Positions 8,512 to 17,156 of a stretch of DNA of 64,000 nt are shown here, in pieces. The number at the start of each line of letters is the position of its first letter. The stretch's first letter is position 1. The notes below the pieces were generated by a model. It did no database searches. It worked only from the letters and a program-made list of their open reading frames with translations, and was not told the origin of the DNA. The position numbers were made by a program, and so were the translations under genes. Source of the DNA: a virus; IMG/VR virus record IMGVR_UViG_3300038393_001027, positions 47,152-111,151 of that record; one strand, written 5' to 3'.

Positions 8512-9662
8512 TTCCGGCGTTCCTCCTTGCCCTTGGCCCACTGCTCCATCTGCTCCAGCGTTTTGAAGAAGGTGGCCTCTTGCTTGTCACTGGCAAACTC
8601 GCCGTACTGCACGAGGCGCCCCATGATGTCGTCCAGCATGGCGAACTTCTCAGCTTGGCTGGGCATCCACTGGCCCAAGCTGGGATTGAAACCCTTCTTC
8701 TCGCTCCACTTGATGTGTGCGATGGCCTCCACCCGGCTGATCACGCCCTGCCACTTGTTCACGTTGGAGGCCTCATCCTGTGGCTGGGACCGCTTCATCT
8801 GCTTCTCGACGGCGGCGATCATGCCCTCGGTGGGGATCCAACCTGTGACGTCGCTCAGGTAACGGCCGAACTTCTGGCGCATGGACGCCCAGAACTCGTT
8901 GCCCGGATCCTCAGCGGCCTTTTGCTGGATGAACTCCATGTGGGTACCGAACTTAGCCTTGCGCTCCGCAAGCTGGGCGGCCTCGGCCGCCTTACGCTCG
9001 GCCTGCAGGCGTTGGATCTCTGCGTCGGCGGTCTCTTTGGCTTCCGCCAGCTTGCCGATGGGGTTATCCAGCATGTGCCTACGGGCAAACTCGATGATGC
9101 CGCCCATCTTCTTCTCGCCATGCTCACCAGACTCGATGGCCCGCCGGGCCTCGAAGAGCGGGTGTGGCAGGAAGGCGTTCTCACCGTTCAGGGCCTTGAA
9201 GGCCTTGATGTAGTCCAGTACGTCCTTAAACCGCTCAACATAGGTGACCTTACGCTCAGCGGCACGAGCCTCCTTCTGCTTCTTCTGGAACTCCTTTTGA
9301 AGCTCGGCTGTCTTCAGTTCCGCCAGCCGGGCCTGCGACGGGTTCACGATGGCGTAGTTACCCAGACAGTCGCACCCAAGCACACGCTCCCGGAAGATGT
9401 CGCCGGGTCCCGTCTGCCAGCACACCTGCTTGTAAATGATCGGGTGCCCGCAAAGCTGGCAGGAGACCGGGATCGGGATGCCGTTGGGTAACCGTGACTC
9501 TTCCGTGTGGCCGTACTTGATGTATTTGGCCGGGTCGTCACCGTCAGGGATCCCCCAAGCCTGTAGCTGTTCGATGATGCGTCGTTCGTAGTTCCGGGCC
9601 TGTGCGCTGTTGCCGAAGGTACCCTCGATCTTCTGCGCCGCCGCCGTTGCCTTCTTAGGCAT
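8508..9662 (-). CDS. hypothetical Zn-finger/coiled-coil protein
   Basis: 384 aa; CQLC...GCDC; GGGAGGG RBS. Confidence 0.8.
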   Translation of the reverse strand: MPKKATAAAQKIEGTFGNSAQARNYERRIIEQLQAWGIPDGDDPAKYIKYGHTEESRLPNGIPIPVSCQLCGHPIIYKQVCWQTGPGDIFRERVLGCDCLGNYAIVNPSQARLAELKTAELQKEFQKKQKEARAAERKVTYVERFKDVLDYIKAFKALNGENAFLPHPLFEARRAIESGEHGEKKMGGIIEFARRHMLDNPIGKLAEAKETADAEIQRLQAERKAAEAAQLAERKAKFGTHMEFIQQKAAEDPGNEFWASMRQKFGRYLSDVTGWIPTEGMIAAVEKQMKRSQPQDEASNVNKWQGVISRVEAIAHIKWSEKKGFNPSLGQWMPSQAEKFAMLDDIMGRLVQYGEFASDKQEATFFKTLEQMEQWAKGKEERRK

Positions 9663-9714
9663 GTGAAACCCTCCCTATTGCTGTTGGGGCCGGGTGGGTC
9701 CGGCCCCTACCTCT

Positions 9715-9735
9715 ATTCTAAACGAAACTGGACAA
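9715..9735 (-). promoter_or_regulatory. second promoter-like motif TTGTCC-N9-TAGAAT
   Basis: Intergenic, upstream of a leader hairpin and RBS. Confidence 0.55.
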
Positions 9736-9737
9736 TC

Positions 9738-10193
9738 TTACTCAATCGGCGCGTAGAAGGCAACAGGCTCCCCTGTCACGTTGTCATGGCGGCTGATGAC
9801 TGTGAAGCCCTTCGTGTCCAGATCCTTTTGGCGGGACTGTCGGACGACTTCCATGTACTCAGCGCCCCGGTCCCGGTAGCGGTCCCGCTTGTAGTAGCGG
9901 TTCATGAACTCTTCCAGCGTCTTGACGTCGGTCACCCTGTACTTGCGGGCGCTCTCATAAGCGCCCCAGTACTCCTCCACCTTGCCGTTTCGCCGGAAGG
10001 TCATGAAGGTATAGTCACCCCGCGTGACCTTCAGGACATGCGCGGCGGCGTTCGAGGCATCCGGGTTGTCGATGAGGAACTGCCGAGCGGCGGCGACGGC
10101 CTCCTCTTCGGTCTCGAAGAAGTGATCCTTGTTTAGGGGCTTGGTCGCATCAAAGCTGTCAATCACAGTCTGCAGGCCGTAGGGCTTCGTCAT
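9738..10193 (-). CDS. hypothetical protein
   Basis: AAGGAGG RBS; 151 aa. Confidence 0.8.
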   Translation of the reverse strand: MTKPYGLQTVIDSFDATKPLNKDHFFETEEEAVAAARQFLIDNPDASNAAAHVLKVTRGDYTFMTFRRNGKVEEYWGAYESARKYRVTDVKTLEEFMNRYYKRDRYRDRGAEYMEVVRQSRQKDLDTKGFTVISRHDNVTGEPVAFYAPIE

Positions 10194-10229
10194 GGTGATA
10201 GCCTCCTTGGGTGTGGTTGGGGATCGGGT

Positions 10230-10772
10230 CTAGTCAGTGAAGATCGATCGGAACTTGACGACCCAGCAGAGGCGCTGGTGCCGATCTGCAAAGTAGTGGC
10301 CGTCCAGATAGGTTTGGCCGATGCCGTCAAAACCGCTGGAACCCAACTGCGGAAACCGCTTCATGGCCTCCGGCCACACCGTCTTGGCCCACTCCTCAAT
10401 CTGAGCCTTCGTGACCACCTGCGGGTCTACCATCACGGCATAGAGCGTCTCACTGTCGGCATAGGGACGGGGCTGGCCTGCGGCGATGCAGACCACGTAG
10501 TTGCCCGATAGCAGTTGTGGCTTACGGTCAAACTGGCCGTAGCCTTCGAGTCGGGGCGTATAGCTGGAATCAGGCGCCGGGGCCGAGGCGCCATTAGCTA
10601 CGTAGCCGTTCATAGCAAAGTTCCGGGCCGTGTCCATCGCCGCCTTGAAGTCCAGTCGCATGAAACCCTGCATGGGAAGCCCGTTCTCACAGACGTCGTG
10701 CTTGTCACGCTGATCAGGATTCCGTCGTACGCTAAACCGATGCGCCGTGTAAGGATAAGTCACTTCAGTCAC
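10230..10772 (-). CDS. hypothetical protein
   Basis: 180-aa ORF coupled to the upstream gene; start may be GTG 10763. Confidence 0.7.
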   Translation of the reverse strand: MTEVTYPYTAHRFSVRRNPDQRDKHDVCENGLPMQGFMRLDFKAAMDTARNFAMNGYVANGASAPAPDSSYTPRLEGYGQFDRKPQLLSGNYVVCIAAGQPRPYADSETLYAVMVDPQVVTKAQIEEWAKTVWPEAMKRFPQLGSSGFDGIGQTYLDGHYFADRHQRLCWVVKFRSIFTD

Positions 10773-10974
10773 CCTCCTTGCTGTTGGTCGGCGGCTTCAG
10801 CGGCTGGAAGTTGGTGTCGATGCCCAACCGGGTGCACTCCTTCTCAATGGCCGCATGGGCAAGGTTCAACTTCTCCTGCAGGTCGGCGGCCTCCACCGGA
10901 TCAGTGGTTCGGCGCGGGGCATCTTTCAGATTCCGAGCCTCGATGTTCAGGAAGCAAAGTCGGTTTGTGTCCAT
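10765..10974 (-). CDS. hypothetical small protein
   Basis: GAGGAGG RBS; first gene after motif copy 5. Confidence 0.7.
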   Translation of the reverse strand: MDTNRLCFLNIEARNLKDAPRRTTDPVEAADLQEKLNLAHAAIEKECTRLGIDTNFQPLKPPTNSKEGD

Positions 10975-10998
10975 AGTGGTATCCCTCCTCATTATTGT

Positions 10999-11026
10999 CG
11001 TACACCGGGCTACATGGGCTGTGACA
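10999..11026 (-). promoter_or_regulatory. promoter-like motif TGTCACA-N16-GTAC, copy 5
   Basis: Minus strand TGTCACAgcccatgtagcccggtGTACG. Confidence 0.8.
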
Positions 11027-11042
11027 ACAGCTTTTCTGGACT

Positions 11043-11063
11043 AGTTTACCCGACTTTGGACAA
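11043..11063 (-). promoter_or_regulatory. second promoter-like motif TTGTCC-N9-TAAACT
   Basis: Directly upstream of motif copy 5. Confidence 0.55.
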
Positions 11064-11064
11064 A

Positions 11065-11090
11065 TTAAACCCCGGCGCCCGGCCGGGGTT
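11065..11090 (-). terminator. intrinsic terminator after the lysis cassette
   Basis: AACCCCGG/CCGGGGTT stem followed by T-rich sequence on the minus strand. Confidence 0.55.
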
Positions 11091-11145
11091 CAGCGGTTGC
11101 CCGGCGCCCAGCCGGGGTGCATATGGGTGAAGCGACCGGGGTATC

Positions 11146-11574
11146 CTAGTTCTGCGGAGGTACCGCCGCCGATGGTGCCGTCTTGGGTTTGTTCCAGTGC
11201 ACTGCCGCTTCAAGGGCCGTCTCGATGGCGGTGCGCATCGCCTTCAACTCGTTGTCGTCAACATCAATATCAACCTTCAGTAGATCTTCCACCATCTCAA
11301 CGGCCCGATCGAGCCGTTCCTCAGGTGCCAACTGACCTGACTTCCACAACTGTTCGACCGCCGCGTAGGCCGTGTGTGCGTGCTGGATGATCAACTCTGC
11401 GATGTTCCTGTGCTGGGGGTCCTTGTCCAGCTTGGCCGCTAGTCGATCGGCCGCCCCAATAACAGCCTGCGCAACCTGAAGAACCGGATCAAGGCTCTTA
11501 CCACGCTTCAACAGCGCGGAAAACACTTCCACGACGACAACGATGATAAACACAACCACAAAGTCTTGCCACAC
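11146..11574 (-). CDS. holin, LL-H-like
   Basis: One N-terminal TM helix; AYAAVEQL and AIETALEAAV motifs; next to the endolysin. Confidence 0.7.
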   Translation of the reverse strand: MWQDFVVVFIIVVVVEVFSALLKRGKSLDPVLQVAQAVIGAADRLAAKLDKDPQHRNIAELIIQHAHTAYAAVEQLWKSGQLAPEERLDRAVEMVEDLLKVDIDVDDNELKAMRTAIETALEAAVHWNKPKTAPSAAVPPQN

Positions 11575-11703
11575 AGTAAGACCTCCCTAATCAATCTTGG
11601 ACAAAACGAGTTTCCACGTTCAATCTAAAAGCTCCTGCTTCTGAAAGAAAGTTGACTTTGAGAATCCCAACATAAGCCGCCTACTACAGGCGTTTACATA
11701 GCA

Positions 11704-11736
11704 GAAGGGTGTTGCGTTTTAAGCGCAACACCCTTC
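11704..11736. other. 13-bp perfect stem-loop between endolysin and second holin
   Basis: GAAGGGTGTTGCG-N7-CGCAACACCCTTC. Confidence 0.6.
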
Positions 11737-11743
11737 AAAACAC

Positions 11744-12460
11744 CTATCGGGACTTGATCACCCGCTGAAGCATTAAGGCAAACTCCCACCACTGCACAGG
11801 CTGGTAAGGATGCCGGACCGTCTGCAGGAAAGACTGTTCCTTTCCATCGATGGTCACCTTGATCTGCGTTAGGTCCTGCACAGCCTTGTACTGCCAGTCG
11901 TCAGCCTTCCCGTAAGCTGTGGACCACTCCACAAGCTTAGCACTAACGGCGCCCCGGAAGTCAGGGAAGCTCTTACCGTACCGGGCGAAGAAGGCGATCG
12001 GATCCTGATGATCGGTCTCACTCGGGTAAAGCTTGGAGATGTCAGCATGGCTCTTGAGCTTCTCCGTGGCCCAGCCCATCCGCCAGCAGATGTCAGCGGC
12101 CAGCCAAACTGCCCGGTTCCATGCCTCAGTGAACTGCCGAACCTGCTCAGCCCAAGCGAGCTTCGTGTCAGGCTCACAGATCTCCATGGAAAGGGCCTTC
12201 TTGTTGGCTGTTGGACCCTGTGCTGGGGCCAGCATGCCTTCAGGTACCACGCAGGAGATGGAATCCCAGTCAAGGTAGTAGTTGGCCCAGCCGTGCTGGC
12301 GGGCGCTGTTCAGCCACTTGTAGTGAGCCTCATCACCTACGCCGGGGTTGGCCGTGCTGTGGATGACCAGATACTCAGGCTGAATCGGAATTCGCTCCTG
12401 AATGGCATCGTCCAGCAGACGCTGAAAGACCGGGTACTCGGGCCGCAACGGGTACGTCAT
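11744..12460 (-). CDS. endolysin, N-acetylmuramoyl-L-alanine amidase (Amidase_2) with SLH-like C-terminus
   Basis: VIHSTAN, SMEICE, SHAD and DHQDP zinc-amidase motifs. Confidence 0.9.
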   Translation of the reverse strand: MTYPLRPEYPVFQRLLDDAIQERIPIQPEYLVIHSTANPGVGDEAHYKWLNSARQHGWANYYLDWDSISCVVPEGMLAPAQGPTANKKALSMEICEPDTKLAWAEQVRQFTEAWNRAVWLAADICWRMGWATEKLKSHADISKLYPSETDHQDPIAFFARYGKSFPDFRGAVSAKLVEWSTAYGKADDWQYKAVQDLTQIKVTIDGKEQSFLQTVRHPYQPVQWWEFALMLQRVIKSR

Positions 12461-12993
12461 GGCTGACTCTCCTCCTTGTTCCGGGGCTTCAGCTTTTCAA
12501 GGGCCATGTCCTTTAGACGCTGAATGCGCCAAACTAAGAGCACCTCCAGCGCCTTGTGACCGTACCACTTCATGTTGATCCACGTCTCAGCGATGCTGGC
12601 GGCCTCGAAGACGTTGTAGCCAATCACCAGCGCATCCCGGACCATGTGTCCTTGCCCGAGGGACATATCGATCTGATGCACAAGCCAGATCCAGCCCCAC
12701 ATGGCGGCCTTCTTCGACAGGCCTTTGATGCCGATGTCGCTCCGGAACGTTGGATAGTGCTTACCCCGCCCCATCAGAGCGGCCAACACCCCAAACAGGA
12801 AGCCAACACTCTGCAACCGAATAAGAATTCCCATCTGGTTCGTTACCCCCCCTAGGTGGCGGTCCACTAATGAGAGGGCAAGCATTCCAGCACCGACGAA
12901 CAGACCCCCAACGGTCTGCAACTTCGCTATAACGCCGGAAAATAGCTGGATCTGCTCATCGGCGAACTCTGCAAGACCTGTCAGCAGTTGCAT
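12457..12993 (-). CDS. holin, Phage_holin_4-like
   Basis: Hydrophobic helices; SDIGIKGLSKK...IDMSLG...VRD...EAASIAE; GGGGGAG RBS. Confidence 0.8.
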   Translation of the reverse strand: MQLLTGLAEFADEQIQLFSGVIAKLQTVGGLFVGAGMLALSLVDRHLGGVTNQMGILIRLQSVGFLFGVLAALMGRGKHYPTFRSDIGIKGLSKKAAMWGWIWLVHQIDMSLGQGHMVRDALVIGYNVFEAASIAETWINMKWYGHKALEVLLVWRIQRLKDMALEKLKPRNKEESQP

Positions 12994-13047
12994 GATTGAA
13001 ACTCCCCCTGCCATGTGTCATGTGAATATTGGGGGTCAGGAGGAGGA

Positions 13048-13068
13048 ATTTTAGGTCACTAAGGACAA
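13048..13068 (-). promoter_or_regulatory. second promoter-like motif TTGTCC-N9-TAAAAT upstream of the lysis genes
   Basis: Same spacing as three other copies. Confidence 0.5.
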
Positions 13069-13179
13069 TTTGGCCGTTTTCTCCGGAAAACCTTCTTGGG
13101 CGCTCAAAATCCTTGGCGGAGCACTATTTGAAGGGAAAAATAAGAGCAGATGGAATTAAACTCCATCTGCTCTTATGTG

Positions 13180-14061
13180 TTAGGCAACGAGCTTGCGACC
13201 TACGTAAGCGACTGTGGCCGCGCTGGGCAGGTTCAAGCGAATGTAGTTGGTGTTATCGATGCGGTATGGTCCATAAGCGGACATAAACATGGAATTAGCA
13301 CCCTGCACACCGTTCGCCATCGTATATACAGACAGAGACGAGGGCGAGTCGGTATAAATCCCATCAATAATCCAGTCCTCACCAACGGGCGGGCGGATGT
13401 CGAAGTTGCCTGCACCAAGCGCTTGTGAGGCAAATACCCGTGAGCTAAGGAAGTCAGCTTCGTCAAACTCAAGTACGTACGCCGTCAAGGTTACTGTTGA
13501 ACCTGAGTTATTTCGGATTGACAGCGGCTTATCGCGCCAACTCCACATATCCATGCGGCCGTTGGCACTCGCACTCGAACCAAGCATGGCACCAAGATGT
13601 AAACCACCGCCGGAGTTCAGCCACGTAGTGCCGCCATTCAGTGAGATGTCTGCGACAAAATTCACTTGCGATGCGCCACTGTTATTAGCCAAATACAAAA
13701 AGCGCCACAGTTTATTTACAGGCGGCTGAAGTAGCAATCTACCGCCATTAACCACACTGGCCGAAGGACGTTGAGGGATATACGGTGCGGTTGATGTTGT
13801 AAACTTATGGCCTGACAAGTAGATCGCGGAAGTACCTGCAGGGGTGATGATCAAAGGTACGGCACTGGTGAAGGCGGGTGCCAAGGTCGCTCGGGAACCT
13901 GCTGTAAGTTGTCCAAAACCTACAATACTTGCGATGCCTGTTGTACCCAGCGACACGTTGTTATTGTTAGATATGGCAGAGTTCAAGATCCAAACTTCAT
14001 TAGCAGGGATCGTGGGTGTTACAGCAACAGACCCGTTAAACATATATTGCCATGTAGCCAT
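13180..14061 (-). CDS. putative receptor-binding or tail fibre tip protein
   Basis: GGAGGTG RBS; beta-rich; follows the tail fibre gene; visibly lower GC. Confidence 0.7.
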   Translation of the reverse strand: MATWQYMFNGSVAVTPTIPANEVWILNSAISNNNNVSLGTTGIASIVGFGQLTAGSRATLAPAFTSAVPLIITPAGTSAIYLSGHKFTTSTAPYIPQRPSASVVNGGRLLLQPPVNKLWRFLYLANNSGASQVNFVADISLNGGTTWLNSGGGLHLGAMLGSSASANGRMDMWSWRDKPLSIRNNSGSTVTLTAYVLEFDEADFLSSRVFASQALGAGNFDIRPPVGEDWIIDGIYTDSPSSLSVYTMANGVQGANSMFMSAYGPYRIDNTNYIRLNLPSAATVAYVGRKLVA

Positions 14062-14062
14062 A

Positions 14063-16525
14063 CTATGCACCTCCAATCTGCAGAGCGATGATCTTAGCTC
14101 GTGCATCAACCTGTGACTGGGTTAGGCCGGGCGATGACCAGTTTACCCCGTCTGAAGACGTTAGAATGGCACCTGTCGCCAGATCAAAGGTCACACGAGC
14201 GCCCACAACCACTCCAGCGGCTGTGATTTCAATGAAGCGCACAAGTGACCCGCTGATCTCCAGTCGAAAGGACTTTGCCCCTGCTGTGGTGTCGATCACA
14301 TCAAGCTGAGGTGCCGCCGCTGTGACAACATGGCCTGTAGCGGCGATCTCGCCAGTTGCATCACGCTGAACGATGGTGTTTGCCGTACCTGTCGTGCTGG
14401 GAGACTGCCCTCCAAGCTTAGCAGAGTCACCCACCCGGCCGTTGGGGTCTGTGACGGCTACGGAGTTGGCTGTTGTGCCGCCTGCAGAGGTTGCAGTGCG
14501 GTAGGTACCACCGGAGTCCTTCAGGGCGTTGGCCCGCCCAACGGCTCCGTTGGGGTCTGTGACGGCTACGGAGTTCGCTGTTGTGCCGCCTGCCGTCGTA
14601 GGTAGGAAGCCCCCCAGCGTCTTAGCGTCCTGCACGAGCTTACCAGCGCCGTCCAGTGTCGCCACACCACTGTTGGAGCCTTTATCTGTAGTCGGGATGT
14701 AGCTAAGCGGCGGGATTTGCGCCACTGGGATGAGCGATGAGCCATCCAGCGTTGCCACACCACTGGCGGCGCCCTTCTGGCTGGTCAGGATGTAGCTCGA
14801 CAGGTCGCTCGTGCGTGCGATTCCTGCCGGAATCTGCGCATCTGGGATCTTCGTCGTGGCGTCCAGCGTCGCCACACCGCTGGCCGCGCCTTTGGCCGTG
14901 TTGGGTACATAGCTGGACAGATCGCTGACGCGGGCGATGGTGGTTGGGATCTGCGCTACAGGAATGAGCGTTGATGCATCCAGCGTCGCTACACCGTTGG
15001 CGGCGCCCTTCTGCGCGGATGGGATGTAGCTGAGCGGTGGAATCTGCGCCACTGGGATGAGGGTGCTGGCATCCAGCGTCGCTACACCGTTGGCGGCACC
15101 CTTCTGAGTGGTTGGGACGTAGCTAGATAGGGCGGTCGTACGGGCAATTCCAGCCGGGATCTGCGCGTCCGGAATTAGCCCAGTCCCATCCAGTGTAGCC
15201 ACACCATTTATGGCGCCGCGCTGGCTCGTTGGGACGTAGGCCAGCGTCGGAATCTGGGCAACTGGGATGAGGGCGCCCGCATCCAGCGTTGCTACACCGT
15301 TGGCGGCACCCTTCTGAGTGGTTGGGACGTAGCTGGACAACCCAGTCGTGCGCACGATGTTGGCGGGAATCTGGGTGTCAGGGATCAGTCCAGATCCGTC
15401 CAGAGAGGCAACACCGTTGACAGCGCCCCGCTGTGCCGTTGTCAGGTAGCTTCCCAGCGCCGTGGTAAGCTCCGAGTCGGTCACATAGGCGGCAGGAATC
15501 TGGCTGGTCGGGATCAAACCAGACCCATCCAGCGACGCAACACCGTTGACTGCACCGCGCTGGCTGGTCGGGATGTAGCTGAGGGCCGGAATCTGCGCCA
15601 CTGGGATCTTCGTCGTCGCATCCAGCGTCGCCACGCCGTTAGCGACGCCCTTATCACTGGTCGGGACGTAGTTCATGGCGGGCAACTGGGCCGAAGGCAC
15701 CTTACCCGTGCCGTCCAGCGTCGCCACGCCGTTAGCGGCGCCCTTGGCGGTCGCTAACACGAACCGGGCGTCCAATTCGGGCATCGTGCCATCCTGCTTG
15801 ACCGAAAGGAGGGTTGTCCCAGCAAAGTTCTGCACGTCGATGATCTTGTCAGTCGTCAACAAATCCCCGATCGGTCTCACAACGAGACCGGGCGCCCGGT
15901 GCGCTACATAGGGCCGGGCCTTGGCGATGTTGACGTCCGGGATGGTCGTGGCGTTGGCGGGAACCGTAATCACAGCCAGCTTCTGATAGCCAGCAGGCAG
16001 AGAAGGTTCAGCAGGAACAGCGGCCGCCACACCGTGCACAACCGTGATGCTAAAGTGGTTTTGCTTCCGGGTCGCAACGCTCTGGGTGTAGGACGTGCTT
16101 GTGCCCGTGTTCCAGAACGTCCGGCTCGCCACATCAGTATCCTGTGTGGCGAACTTGATACCAACCACGGTCTTGCGCGGGTTGGTAGCGTTGGCGGCCT
16201 GACCAGTACCCCAGATGCCAGCGCCTTGGTTCTCAGTGCCGGACAGGATGTTGAGGGTCTGGTCGGCCGTCACTTCGATCAAACCCAGATTCACACCGTC
16301 GATGGCGGCGCCCGCCTTCAGGGCCACGGTGGCGGCACCGGACCCCAGCACGTTCAAACCCCAGAGGGGCTGGAAGACGTTCGTCGTCCCATTCTGCACA
16401 GCACCGCCGAGGGCGATGAGGCCAACAGTCGTGTTGGAAAGGGCGAGCGTTTCACCTGCGGTCAGGTCACCTACAGTGATCTGCTCCAGATCAGAGAAGG
16501 CGATCACCTTTTGATTCCCGGCCAT
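14063..16525 (-). CDS. long tail fibre protein
   Basis: 820 aa; 11 (K/R)GxxxGVA(T/S)LD repeats; located after the baseplate wedge genes. Confidence 0.85.
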   Translation of the reverse strand: MAGNQKVIAFSDLEQITVGDLTAGETLALSNTTVGLIALGGAVQNGTTNVFQPLWGLNVLGSGAATVALKAGAAIDGVNLGLIEVTADQTLNILSGTENQGAGIWGTGQAANATNPRKTVVGIKFATQDTDVASRTFWNTGTSTSYTQSVATRKQNHFSITVVHGVAAAVPAEPSLPAGYQKLAVITVPANATTIPDVNIAKARPYVAHRAPGLVVRPIGDLLTTDKIIDVQNFAGTTLLSVKQDGTMPELDARFVLATAKGAANGVATLDGTGKVPSAQLPAMNYVPTSDKGVANGVATLDATTKIPVAQIPALSYIPTSQRGAVNGVASLDGSGLIPTSQIPAAYVTDSELTTALGSYLTTAQRGAVNGVASLDGSGLIPDTQIPANIVRTTGLSSYVPTTQKGAANGVATLDAGALIPVAQIPTLAYVPTSQRGAINGVATLDGTGLIPDAQIPAGIARTTALSSYVPTTQKGAANGVATLDASTLIPVAQIPPLSYIPSAQKGAANGVATLDASTLIPVAQIPTTIARVSDLSSYVPNTAKGAASGVATLDATTKIPDAQIPAGIARTSDLSSYILTSQKGAASGVATLDGSSLIPVAQIPPLSYIPTTDKGSNSGVATLDGAGKLVQDAKTLGGFLPTTAGGTTANSVAVTDPNGAVGRANALKDSGGTYRTATSAGGTTANSVAVTDPNGRVGDSAKLGGQSPSTTGTANTIVQRDATGEIAATGHVVTAAAPQLDVIDTTAGAKSFRLEISGSLVRFIEITAAGVVVGARVTFDLATGAILTSSDGVNWSSPGLTQSQVDARAKIIALQIGGA

Positions 16526-16538
16526 TCATATTCACCCC

Positions 16539-17141
16539 TTACTGCTTCTGGTAGACGACGCGGGTACCCGCGAGCTTCGTCTCTTCGGTGATCTCCCGCA
16601 CAAGGCTGTCGATCGTACCAAGAGCGCTGATGACCGGGGCGATGAAGCCTTGATTGGCCTGCCCTAAGTAGGTCTTGCCTACGAAGAGGCCGTTTGAGTT
16701 GGCGGAATCACCTTGGTAAGAAAGCTTGATCAGGAAAGAGTTCTGGAAGTCGTTGTACGCGCCTACCGTATAATCCTTGTCAACGGCGGTTCCGACTCCG
16801 TACTCCGTCACCGTTGCGTTGTTGGCAACTCCCTGTAGGGCCTTTACGATGGCCCCGGCCGTTGTCCGGGGGAGCATGACCGTTCGGGCGATGCGTCGTG
16901 CATAGCTGGCGTCAGTCTCAGTCGTACCCAGCCGTTTCACATTCAAGAGGTAACCCCAGAAGGTTAGGTAAATGCCCCGGCTGGTTAGCACATTTACCTG
17001 CTGGACGGCGGCGATGAAGTCTTCATCGAAGTCCCCCAGCACCCGTGCGCAAGCCGCGAGAAGAGCATACAGGACGCCCCCTACTGCAGGCTTATAAACA
17101 CGTGGCAGAAGTGCCTGCAGGCGCTCGAAAAATGTAGGCAC
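16539..17141 (-). CDS. baseplate wedge protein (P2 gpI/T4 gp7-like)
   Basis: LTFWG...R..ETDASYARRI...T...I..AL; follows baseplate J. Confidence 0.8.
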   Translation of the reverse strand: MPTFFERLQALLPRVYKPAVGGVLYALLAACARVLGDFDEDFIAAVQQVNVLTSRGIYLTFWGYLLNVKRLGTTETDASYARRIARTVMLPRTTAGAIVKALQGVANNATVTEYGVGTAVDKDYTVGAYNDFQNSFLIKLSYQGDSANSNGLFVGKTYLGQANQGFIAPVISALGTIDSLVREITEETKLAGTRVVYQKQ

Positions 17142-17156
17142 GGCGTCTTCACCACC

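Noticed and set aside
13180-16525. Diversity-generating retroelement acting on the tail fibre
   Set aside because: No reverse transcriptase and no adenine-specific template/variable repeat pair seen in this window.
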